DNA from: Proteromonas lacertae | Taxonomy: Eukaryota | Assembly (NCBI GenBank): GCA_002245135.1 | Contig: NGBS01000588.1 | Span: forward strand, 186,001 to 250,000 | Reading direction: 5' to 3' | Length of the DNA stretch: 64,000 nucleotides | In this document: in pieces, positions 1-12,761 of the stretch | How positions within the stretch are numbered: position 1 is the stretch's first letter | Layout: the number at the start of each line of letters is the position of its first letter | The notes under the pieces: model-generated | What the model saw: only the letters and a program-made list of their open reading frames with translations | What the model was told of the DNA's origin: nothing | Databases searched by the model: none | Position numbers and translations under genes: made by a program

Positions 1-1992
1 AAGATGTATGAAACATTGATTCACTACGTTCTAAACCTTTCTTTTGACTAACATGAATAATACCTATTTGTCTTTTTAAATTAGGCTTTTCATTAATTAA
101 ATTTATAAATTTATCTGAAGGTAATAGTAATAAACTCACTTTATCTTTAGCAATATAACTACAAATACAATCTCCATGATTCTCTATAATAGAAGTTCCA
201 CCAAAGTAATCACCTTGTGAGAGTGTTTCATATACTTCTTTCTCAAACACTTTACCAGTCCAATCTGATTGACTTCTACTACGTGTTGGTACACATTGTT
301 CAGCAAAACCTTCACTATATAATCTCTGTCTTTTACGAAGAGTTGAACCAGGTGATAATGCTGATGATTTTGATCCTTTTTTACCTGCTGTACTGTTGGT
401 GTGAGTGATAGTTTTACTGTTGTTTTGACTATCTTTATTATTATTATCATTATTATTATTATTATTGTCGATATTTCTTGGCTTTTTAGTAGGTGTAAAG
501 TCTGGAGATAAACATTCATCATTATCATCGTTATTATTATTGTTTTCTAAATCACATCCTGCTAATGGATCATCACAGTTACAATTACCATTATTATTCT
601 CATCGTTGTTGTTAGTGTCTAAGACATTGGTGTTATCAACAATAATTGCTTCTGATGAAGCGAGTTTTAGTAATCTATATCGGTAATTATCATAGTCTTT
701 TTGCTTGAACTGTTTGACTACTTCACCACTGAGTATTATGTTGAAATGAGTCATTTTCATATCTTTCATATATATATACTCTCCAGCATTATAATTCTTT
801 CTTTCCATTAGTTTGTATAATTCATCCCTCTCTTGCTGCGATAAATATGAAAAGATGGGGATTTCTTTCAAGACTATCGTTCCATAACTTTCAATTGATC
901 TATTCAATAGAGGTTCGATTGGACCTAATAAATGTATAAAGGATTCTCTCTCTAAAGCTATCAACGTCACTTGACCTTGAGCAATAACATCAGCGGCTCG
1001 AGGTTCGTTTGTTAAAAGTGCTCTTTCCCCAAAATGAGCACCGACACCCAAAATTTTAAATTCTTTTTTATCTGTAACTACGGCTTGACCAACACCAGTA
1101 ATTGATATATCAATTCTTACACTACCTTTTTCTATAACATAAAAGTATGAATGATCATCGACATTATCACCTCTCTTAATTATTGATCTCATCATTCTCA
1201 AAATACAATTGCACACAGGCTTCAGCTAATCTAGCAATTTCTGTAGATGTTAAAGGTGAAAATAACGACAAATCCTTTAAGAACTTTGTTCTTTCTTTCA
1301 ATTTATTTTTCTCATACAACTCCAAGGTTCTACGGAATGTAGTTCTGTCTATTGAATAAATTATACCATCAGTTTCTGCTTTAACAGTATACATTCTAGG
1401 TGTATCGTATAAAAAGATTTCACCGAAGGAGTGGCCAGGCCCTAGCTTAGCCCTAACTGATCTGGACGGAGTTATACTGGAAGTCATGATAAATGAGCCT
1501 TCAATTATAGAATAGAACTTTCTACCTGCTTTACCTTGTTCTGAACAGATTGCTCCATTTGGGACGTTTATTTTAACCATAGCATCAACTACACGAGCTA
1601 TTTGTATGTCATCCATATTGTTGAAGATTGGATGACCTGTCATTGAAGCTCGAATTAGTTTAATCTCTTGTGGTGTCTTTTGAATAACACTATACTCTCC
1701 ACCTTCTGTAGATGTGTTTGCTCCATCAATTATACCATTCTATTAATAATTAATTTACTGTATAATATACTTGTCTCTCTCTTGGTGGTATAAGATGTTT
1801 ATCTTTCTGTTTTGCGTATAATACTTCTGACACTCGGTTTGGGGCAGCACCTTCACCGACGTTTATTACTTCTTCGTTGTCATTTCCTCCATGAAGCACA
1901 TCAGCCTTCACTAAAAGATTCTTCGGTTCGACAACATTAGTTGAAGGCTCAACGCCTATCTTATTATCTGGAGAGGAAGTACAACTACCCAT
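1..1992 (-). CDS. Multi-cNMP-binding-domain protein (PKG-like or PKA regulatory-like), 3'-partial
   Basis: Starts MGSCTSS (acylation-type N-terminus), intron 1740-1770. cNMP cassettes FGEIFLYDTPRMYTV and FGERALLTNEPRAADV, then a third degenerate domain (QGDYFGG). One extra base near 1185. The frame runs off the window edge, so no kinase domain is visible. Confidence 0.8.
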
Positions 1993-2369
1993 TCATAAAA
2001 TATTATAAAAAATATAAAAACGAAAAAGCTTGGTTGAAAGAAGAGGTTTGAAAAAAAAGATTTCGTTAGTCTTGGACATTTGATTTGGATATTCAAATTC
2101 TGTGAATAAAAATGCGTATAATTTTATGTAACTGATCAAGCCATAAAGTTACGCTACACAATCTTATTTTTACATTCTTATTTTTTGGTAATATTTAGTT
2201 ATTATTCACTGCTAATATTTATTTTAGATTAGTATTTGTTTGTATATGGTCTTTTATTATTTTATTTCACCAATCAAACATGTTTGATTCTGATTAAAAA
2301 ACGGTTTTTTGTTTTTCAGATATCTTACTTTGTAGTTATTTATATATAATATAAACGAGATCAGTGAAT

Positions 2370-2836
2370 ATGGAGACAAAAGTCAATAGTGATGGAACAA
2401 GAGAATATACCTTAAAAGCAAGATTACTTGCTTTAGAAGAAGCAACAAAATTACAACAATTAAAAATAGATCATTTGAAAGAATATATTACAGTTTTGGA
2501 AAATAAAGATGTATAATAGTCAAATTTATTGAATATTTAGAAAGCTCATCAAGAAGAGGCTGAAGAGACATTCCAAAAAATGCATGATAAGATGAGTGAT
2601 GATGTATAGCAATTGTAATTCTAATATTATTATTAGACTGCTAAATATTGTGAAAGTTGTGGACCACAGTTTGATCAACAGCAAAAAGTGTATGAACAGT
2701 TATATGCAGATGTATTAATTTAAAATTAGTTATGTAATATGAATAGATATGGGAACAGAATAAATTAATCGCTGAATTACAGAAGAAGAATGCTGAGTTA
2801 GAAGAAACTATTGCTCAATATGAATCTCAAATATAA
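2370..2836 (+). CDS. Small coiled-coil protein (~120 aa, 4 exons)
   Basis: METKVNSDGTREYTLKARLLALEE...YESQI* reads through after removing three 30-35 nt phase-0 GT-AG introns. Not in the ORF track. Confidence 0.75.
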
Positions 2837-2891
2837 TTCAAACAAATATATATATTTATTAATAGTTTTTTTTTAATAATAATATTCTCAA

Positions 2892-5800
2892 TTATTCATA
2901 AACTATATTAATTGATTCGTGACTCTTCAATAATACTTCAATATCATCAAAACAATCTATATAAATAATAAAATAACTAAATATTCATACTTTTACAGTG
3001 TAATACAACTAAATTAACCATATCATTCATATATTCACTTACTTTTTCTACATCATCTTTGTTAATATGAATTTCATCGATTCCTAATATTTCAATATTG
3101 TTTACAGCTAATAATGATTCAAACAATTGAACTACACATTTTGAAGTTATATCTTTATTACCTGAAATTGACAAATTTGATAAATCATTCAGAGATTCGA
3201 TCGATTCTATTGTATCGATAATTAACTTGTCTGTGAGTTTATTATTGGATAAATCTATTTCTTCTATATGACTCGATTCTAAGTTTTTAATTAAAGATAT
3301 TGCATATTCATCTGTTAATTCACAATCACTGACTTTGATGATTTTCAATTGAGTTATATTGGAAATAAGTTCAAAAATATCAATATCTTTCACATATTTT
3401 AATGGATTTACTATTTTAACAAAATAAAAATAATAATAGATTTATATATACAACAAAGATTAATAGATTGCATTGAATCAATACCGGAAATGCTAATAAT
3501 AAGTTCATAAACATCAGAAGAAGTTAAATTCATTTCAGCTAAACTCAATGTTTCTAATTCTTTTAAATTTGACAGATTCTCAATGAATTGCTTTTTATCT
3601 TTTAGATCTATTGTATTTCCTGATAATTCTAATTGTTTTAAATGAGTCAAAACAGTAAACATGGAATTTGTGATTATTTCACTACTTTCAGTTGATAAAC
3701 CACAATCTATAATAAAAAAATAATTAAAAAAAATTCATATATATATACATGAAAGATCTAATAGTTCAAGTGATTTTAAATGTAATAATGAACTTAAGAA
3801 TGTAGAACCCCATTCATCTTTTAATAAATTTCCACCAATTGAAAAATTCATTAAATCTAAACATCTCAATATTCTATTGGAGAATGTAGCTATTCCATTT
3901 TCAGTTATTTGATTATCTAAAGAAATAATAAATAGCTTTATAATATACTATGCAAATAAAGTGATGTTAAATTTGATGAAAGTGTAACATTACAGCAGAA
4001 ACTATCATTAATTTGATTATTTGATAAATTTAAAAATGTCAAATTTGGTAGATTTGAGATATATTTTGCTATTAAGTTGGATTTGGATGTTCCAAATTGG
4101 TTATTACTAAAATCAACATATTCAAAACAATAAGTTCTATTGAATATCGAAGAAATTGATTTCAGACTCTGATCATTCAACTCATTTCCACTTAAATCTA
4201 AATAATTCAAATATGACAAATCACAAATGCTATTTTTAATCTGAGATAATCCTTTCTCAGTGATATTATTACTTTGTAAACATAATTTTGTTAAGAATTT
4301 CGATTTAGACATAACTTCTGATATACTACTCATTCCTTTATCACCTATCTCATTATCTTCAACATACAATTCACTTAAATCTGATGAAATCATGTCAATA
4401 AGATAAGATATTCCACTTGCACTACAACCAACATCTATAAATAATATATTGATATTTCTAAATACTGTTAATATAAAGTGTTTTTAAATAATACCAACAT
4501 CTCAAACATAATGATAAGCTTTGTACGCCTTTATCACCTATATCATTTCCACCAATTCCAAATATTTGAATATTTTCCAAGTGTTGAAGACTTGTTATGT
4601 CATTCTTTATATCTGAATCTAATTTGTTATTATTGAATATTAACTCTCTCAGTGATTTGATATTTGTTATTGAAGTGACAATGTTGTGGAAATCTGAATT
4701 AGTTAAGTTATTATCTATTCATTATATTCATAAAAAATAACAAATACTTTCTAAATGTAATACTTGAAGTGATGGTAATGAATTGAATATAGTATTCCAT
4801 TCATTATCTTGAGAAATTCCAAGTAAATTATCTAATTTTATATAAATGAAAATATATAATTATTACTATACTATTAACATATAATGATTGTAATGATGTG
4901 AGAATCATATCAGATGAAAATAAATTGCTTAAAGTAGTAATCATATTACTATGAAAATCTAATGTTTTCAAGTTATCTAAATCAACTAAAACTGAGTTAA
5001 AATCATCAAAATATTCATCAGAGAAGTTATTATCAGATATATTAATATATTCCATCTTCTTCCACTGAGGTAAATAATTACAAAATAATTGAATAAAATC
5101 ATCTCCTAATTCATTATTACTAAAATCAAAATATTTGATATTTTCAGAATATGTTAAACTGTTGAATAAATCATCCATACAATCATTGTTTAAATGACAA
5201 TCTAATAAACAAAATAAATAATAATAATAATGATATATTTATACTTGATAATGATATATTTGTCAATGTGCTTAACCTTGATAATGATTGAGATAAGGTT
5301 GTCATTGAAGAAACACAATTAATATCTATTTTGAAATAATAATAATTATTAATATATATACCATTAAAATACAATTGTTCTAAACAAATCAATGAAGGAA
5401 ACATCTCAAATATATCATCACATTCAATACCAAATCGATTATTTGATAAATCCAACATCTGCATTGTATTGTTACTCCATATATATTGAGATAATGCTGG
5501 AATAATTGCATCATTACAACCACAATGTTTTAATGATAAAATATTCAGTTTCAATGGTAAATTGGATATTAAATTAGTCAGTAAATCAGTATGCGTGAAC
5601 TTATTATCTGATAAATATAAACTTTCTAATTGTTGAAGATCTTTAATTCTTTGTGTTATTAATGGTAAGGATTTATCAGTTATATCGATTTCTTCTAATC
5701 TTAAAACTCTTAGTACTGGACAATGCAATAAGAAATCAATTAATTGAGTGATTAAATTGTCACTTATTTTATTGCCAGACAATGATAATGCAATTATATT

Positions 5801-6066
5801 CCATTCTTCTATGATTGAGGAGAATATTGTTTTTAACGTTTCAATATTGAAATGATTATCTATTCATTATAATAAATAACAACAAAAAATAAAATAATAC
5901 AGCTCAGATCTAGTCTTTTCAATCCAGTTATATACAAATTCAATATCTCTTCGGATGTATAAGTAACACTGAAAAAATTGTGAGTTAAAATCAACTGTTG
6001 AAGTTTCACACAACTCTTTAAGTTGGATAATAACGTTCTAAAACCTGATGGAGATATGGAAGTATC

Positions 6067-6106
<40 letters not shown>

Positions 6107-7136
6107 TACATGTGAATGATATTATTGATATTGGTATATTTTTAAACTGTTCGCATAATAATACCAAATTATCATTATTAATAACAATATGATCTATATA
6201 AATTTCACTAATATAATTAAAATGACTAAATTCTTTACAAAAACTATTCATATCTAGTGAAGATATTAACATATCTCTAAAATCGATTTTATTCTGTTTA
6301 TTTGGTGGTTTATTGTATAAATATCTATTCATACAAGTATCATTAGGTGGACTATCTAATATATCGATTATTTCTTTGATGGTTATTCTTTGATTTGGCT
6401 GATAACATAAACAACTCCAAAATATCTTCTTCCAATATCCAGGAATGTTATTAGGTAAATCTGGAACAAATCTCCCTTCTATGAAGTCTTGCAATTGAGT
6501 AATATTTTCAAATAAATGATGTTCACGGAATAAGTAGTAGATTATACAACCAAATGACCAAATATCGGAAGATGGCGTTGGTTCTGTTTCTGTTTTGGAT
6601 AATACAAGCTCTGGAGCTTGATAACCTGTGAAGTACTTTGGTGGGTAAATATAACGAGTAAATCCAAAGTTTGCTAAAACAGGCGAATTAGATTCTGATA
6701 ATAGAATATGTGATGGATCTAATGCAGAATATACCAATGAATGAGTGTGTAAAGCATCTAATCCAGAAGCTATTTTCATAGCAAAGTCATTTTTATTCTA
6801 ATTGCATAATATTGAATAAAATACTGTTGTAGACAAATAGTTGTAATGCTCAAGATCACCATTACTTAAATATGGGCAGATAAGAAGCAAATGTTCAGAT
6901 GACTCATCATAAATTCTTAACTCTTTGATTGAGATTAATGCAGGATCTGAAATATTTTTCAAAGTTTCAATCTACAGCAATTAATTTGGATTATATACAG
7001 CTTTTAGGATTAGATCACAGTAAGCTCTTGGTAAGCATTTCGATACATACGTGATAGGATCATCAGAATATTTACATAAATGTAAATCGCCTAAATATCC
7101 TTTACAAAGAGTTGATTGAAATTCTAATGATGCCAT
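2892..7136 (-). CDS. N-terminal pseudokinase plus long RI/NLR-type leucine-rich-repeat array
   Basis: Kinase fold (YQAPEL, SDIWSFGC) with YSALDPSHILL replacing HRD and ANFG replacing DFG. Followed by many LxxLxLxxNxI repeats joined by about 11 phase-1 introns. Confidence 0.85.
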
Positions 7137-7253
7137 CCGATCAGATCTTGCTTGTTTTTTTATTTTCTTCAATTTTTCTTCACACAAACACATTATCAAC
7201 AAAATAAAATAAAAATCTTTAAAAGAACGAATATAACAACATTATTATTATTA

Positions 7254-8244
7254 TTAATTACAACAAGCCATACAATTCACTCTATATCCTTCAATTATTT
7301 GATTGGTCAGCACATGCTGAATACTCTTCTCTTCAATATACCAAAGTGTAATATAACCACTAGAAGTTACACTAATCAAAATATCACCAAGTATTGACAT
7401 ATCTTTAATTCTTCCATTAATAGACTGATCTTGTGGTGATATATCCTCACCATCCATTGTAAAGCATCGTATTCTACCATCTTCACATCCACATACCATA
7501 TATTTATTATTATAAAACAAAATCTTATTAACTCTACAAGGCATATCAAATTTCAATTTTAAATTACCTGTGTTCACTTCATATATTTCTATTTTATGAT
7601 AATACACTAATAAATAATATTCACCACTTGGATCGAAGAGAATTGAAGTGGCAATATCTTTGAGTTTATTTTTATATAATTGTGTATTATTTGTTAGATT
7701 ATATAAGTAATAATGATTGTGTTCTGTTAGTACAAATAATAATTTACCTGAGGGATGGATACTAAGTGATAATATTCCATCTGCTATGTCATTTAAGGCA
7801 TCTTTACATTCCCATTTATTACAATCCCAGATTAATACCTTCTTATCTTCAGAACCAGAATATAATTTGTTTCCATTCTCATAGAATAAGAGTGAAGATA
7901 TTGCTCCTGTATGTTTCACTAAACTACCAAATTCACTTTCTTTTTCAAGATTAAACAATCTATCATGGATACTTTAATGAAAATATACCTTAATGACTCA
8001 TCAGAACCACCTGTAACAAGAAATGTTGAATCTTTTGAAGTAGCAATGCATGCAGTTCGAATACTTCCAATATGAATATCTGACATATATCTATTACATA
8101 AAAATCAATCAATATACTTTACAACAAACTTAAATGGTTCAGATTGTTGTTCTTCTTCTGGTTCAGTTACATTCCAACCATAAAGTCTTCCTTCATATCT
8201 ATGAAATGATAAATTCATCAACACGTTCCCAAAAAGATTCGCAT
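7254..8244 (-). CDS. MAK11: WD40 protein, PAK1IP1/Mak11-like (60S biogenesis)
   Basis: Spliced N-terminus MRIFLGTYEGRLYGW...HIGSIR...LVTGGSDESLRLFNL, GSLVKHTGAISSL and LSIHPSGKL match the PAK1IP1/Mak11 pattern. Confidence 0.75.
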
Positions 8245-8406
8245 TTCTCAAAAATAATATTGATCCGAAAACCAAAAATTATCAAACCGAATGAAATGAA
8301 ACGAGTATATTTCTAAAATATGTTTGGATTGTATGAATAAACAACTTAAATATCATAATAAATATGTTATTTAACAAAAGATGCTTTTAATAAATAAAAT
8401 TTTAAA

Positions 8407-9788
8407 TTATTCTAATGAATACTTGACAATATCAATTGAATTGTCTTTGTTATACAAACATACAAATGGATACAATGTTCCAGTCACATTTTTAAACAAT
8501 AATAATTCATATCCATCTTCATACTGAATCCAAACAGTATGTTCCTCCATATCGAATATTATCTCATACTTCCCACCATTCTCCAACTTCCTCGAAGGAT
8601 AATTCACTTTTACACCCAAACCACCACCTAAAACAGATCCACTCACATTCATAGTTAAACTCAATGAAGATTTCTCATCTTTCAATTTATTACTTGGATC
8701 TTCATAGTGATTATTAGTAGTTGCTCCAATAACAAAGATACTGCCATGAATTTGAAATTGATAGCGATAAACACCACAAATCATAGTAATATTCATATAA
8801 CAATGAGGATAACCACCTCCATGTTTAGATTTAGTTATTGATCTACCTTTGTTACATATCAACATAAAATCATGTTTATATTCTTCAATAAAATAACAAT
8901 CACCTTCATTCAATGATGGTGCTGGAGGTATTGCCATTGATAAGTGTTCTACAATTTTTATATCTTTTATTTCCTTTATTACTTCATCTATTGTTAATCT
9001 CATTCTTTCATCTAATAATAACATCTTCTCCAAAATTGGAGTGATTTTATAAGCTAATGGAACAGTTAATGTTGTATAACTGCATTTTAATATATGTTTA
9101 ATTAATTTATGTAATGTTGGTCCTTCAAATGGTGGTTTTCCACAAAATAAATAATACATTAATACTCCCAAACTCCAAATATCTCCAGATTTATTCAACT
9201 GTTTATTCTCTAACACTTCGGGTGGGTAATATGATATATTATTGTAATTAATTGGTAATGTATAGTTTGATCCTTCGTATAATAAATACATCCCAATATC
9301 TGATAATAAATATCTCCCATCTTCTGTTATTAGAATATTGGATGTCTTAATTGCTCCAGTTATGATGTTCTTCTTGTGTGCTATTTGAATTATTGTTGCT
9401 ATTTGGAAGATTAATTTGAAACGACCTGCATCTTTGAATGACTCGTTAGGATCTATGGCGGATAAGGATGATTTGTATTCTTTTGTTACTATGATTATAT
9501 AATTGTCTATCTTCTTTAATTTTAGATATGGAACAATTGCATCAACTTGTAGATTATTAACTCTTTGAATTGTGTTGAAAAAGGAATTTGTGTTTATATG
9601 TGAGAATCCACTACACACAACAGCTTTTAGTCTTAGTACCTTTGGTGTCATTTTGTATAACAATCTGCAACAATGAACTGACGGTTGAGAAGGTAGATCA
9701 TCTGAAATCTGAAAGATATAAATGTATATTATACTTCATAGTCATCACCCAAATAATTATGTGCCAAAGTTGATGCTTTTACACCCAT
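8407..9788 (-). CDS. Myristoylation-type pseudokinase with C-terminal SPRY/B30.2-like domain
   Basis: Start MGVKAST, one 26-nt intron. ITGAIKTSNILI (no HRD), SDIG, YYPPEVL, GDIWSLGV. The C-terminal ~170 aa aligns by eye to the SPRY-like ends of the BTB genes. Confidence 0.8.
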
Positions 9789-10457
9789 ACTTCTATTCTT
9801 TTAAAAGATTTCAAACGATTGGTGTTTCAAAATTTTCACTTTAAAAATCCCTAATAATACACAATTCTTTAAAAACAAAGCCTATAACATTATTTTCAGA
9901 GTTATTCACATTAAAATCTTCCATTCAAGCAATCTTCTTGTTCATTCAGTAAGATCTACTTAGATTAATTCTACATCTCTTCTCTATCTTCTCTTTACCA
10001 TCTCATCATTACACCATATGCATTACTTTTGCATTCAAACATCTAAAATATAATAAAATGCTGTTATAAAAGTGATTATATAAAAATAATAGATTATAAT
10101 AGAGATCAGTTCATGTCAATGTCCACATGCTTGAATTTTTTCATCGGACAGGGATAACAAACCATCATTTCAACAAATAAACAATATCATAATCACAAAA
10201 TGATAGTTATAACAAAACAGAAGTTATATTTGACTTATATATACCTTTACACATCACAATAACAATAAAAAATTGACTCTATATCATTGCATGATGAAAT
10301 AAATCAAAAAATGAGAAATGATATTTCATCCAGCTTTTTCTTCTATACTAAAATTCCTATTTAAATATTCTTTTCAAATTCAATTTAATTATGTTTTTAA
10401 ATCATCATAAAAACATTAAAATAATTATAATATCATTAACAAAATATATTAAATTAT

Positions 10458-11740
10458 TAAAGAATTGCTTTAGGAACTCTGTGATAAACGTAATTATATT
10501 CATTATTAAACTCAGCTACACTAGGACTTCTAAATAAATTATAAGCAATAGTGAATAAATAAATAGAAAAATATTGAAAATATAATAAATACTTATATAT
10601 ATATATATTTTTACTCTGAAAGAATCTGATTCTGTTTCTCTATTTTATTCGTTTCATAAATATAAATAGCTAATCCAAATAGTACAATAAACGAACACAA
10701 CTCCTTCATAGTTGTAATACATTGATATGAATCAGTTCTATATTAATACAAATAAATAAATAATCATATACTTGCAAAATAGAATTGAACTTGTAACAAA
10801 TACTAAAATTGCTCTTAATCCATTCATTGTTGCTGTAGTAACACTTCCAACTTGTCCTAAACTCATGTAATACGATAAGCCATGAACAGTTTGATTGAAA
10901 ACAGCAAATATATAAAACAATATTATTGCCTATTATTTAATATATTATATCTTAATACAGTATATGTTCCATTTGCTAATCTCACATTTCTCACTATTAA
11001 TTCATCATAATTAGGTACAACATAAACCATCATATACAATACATGGAAACTTACACAATATTGACCAGTTTTATAACAAATATCTTGAGGATTAACTGTT
11101 TCAATTGTTTGAATATATTCACCTAAGACATACACTAATGCATAAGTAATTGCTCCCATTAAACAGAAGAATATTCCAACAAAATAATTTCCACCGTTTA
11201 AATTGGATTGTACACTTGTTAAACCTAATCCTGCAGTTACTGTAATAATGCCAACCCACTGTTTAAAACTCAATTTTTTCCCCATAAATAATCTTGATTC
11301 TAATGCAGTCCAGATTGGTACAGATGAATAGATGATTTGGAATAATCCACTACCCACTTTCGATATACCGATTATACAAAATGTATTGGCAGTAAAGTCA
11401 ATAATTGCATTTAATATAATACAACCATGAACTGAGGAAAGTAAATTCCATTTTAAGTCTTTCCATCGGTACCTGTCTTTGATTGGAAGATTTTCGATAA
11501 GATTCGAAGAGGAGAAATTCATAAATTTCTTTGGTACACAATTAACAAAAAGATAACCGTAATATATAACAGCTGGAACAATTAAACTTCGTTGATCTAT
11601 ATGACATATTAAAAAGACGCAAGAATACCAGTTAAACCCTCATTACACAAATATTGGTTTAAAATTGTTGACAATGTTCCAGTGATTAAATAAAATGCCA
11701 AAATTGATACTGTTCTTATTAATTCTTGTGAAAATTTCAT
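10458..11740 (-). CDS. Drug/metabolite (EamA / nucleotide-sugar / CRT-like) transporter
   Basis: About 10 hydrophobic segments with a GSGLFQIIYSSVPIWTALESRLFMGKKLSFKQW motif. It ends either at TAA 10611 or, via one more intron, at 10458. Confidence 0.75.
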
Positions 11741-11861
11741 ATTCTCATCAAAAAATTGAAAATTTAATATGAAAATGAAGAAAACGACTATATTTTTTGG
11801 TAAATATCAAACCCTTCAAAAAATGCATATAATAACAATCAGATACAATTAATTTCTATAT

Positions 11862-12698
11862 TTACTTTTTATTCTTAGGGTCATTGAATGGATACCCATG
11901 TGGAAAACCTTGATTTCCCATTTGCTGTGGATGTTGAGGATTGGGTTGTTGTTGCTGTTGTTGCTGTTGTCCATTCATTTGTTGCATTGCGGCAAAATTC
12001 TGAGCAAGAAGTGGATTTGCGGTTAATTCTATACATAATAAAAAATAATAATCAGATAAATATACGTGAATATATAGCTTGAATATTTGGCATACTGTTT
12101 TGAATACCTGGTAAATTCATAGCATTCAATCCTTGTAAGGACATATTACCCATACCAGGTATATTTCCCATATTCAAAGCTTGAAGGTTTTGCAAACCTT
12201 GTAAATTTTGTAAATTCAACCCTTGATTCATTCCTTGAAATTGCTGCTGTAATTGTTGAGGTTGACCCATATTTTGCATCATTGACATTGGGTTAGGAGT
12301 CATACCTTGGTGAGTCAACTCTCCTCTCATCATATTTATTAGATTTTGATTGGTCAATGCAGCTATAGCTGGATTCATCAACAAACTCTGTTGGAATTGC
12401 AATCCCATTAATGGGTTATATCCTCCATTATTAGCAGCAGCAGCACTCAATTGCTGTAATTGGAATTGATTCAAATTCTGTAAATTCATTGGGTTCATAT
12501 TTCCATTAACACCACTCATTATTGGTGGAGGTTGTTGAGCTTGTTGTTGTTGTTGCTGTTGAGCTTGTTGTTGAGCTTGTTGAGCTTGTTGAGCTTGTTG
12601 AGCTGCTATTGCAGCTGCAGCTGCTGCTTGTTGAGATTGTAATTGTTGTTGTAACTGTTGTGCTTGTAATTGTTGTACCTGTTGACTATTAGCATTAG

Positions 12699-12761
<63 letters not shown>

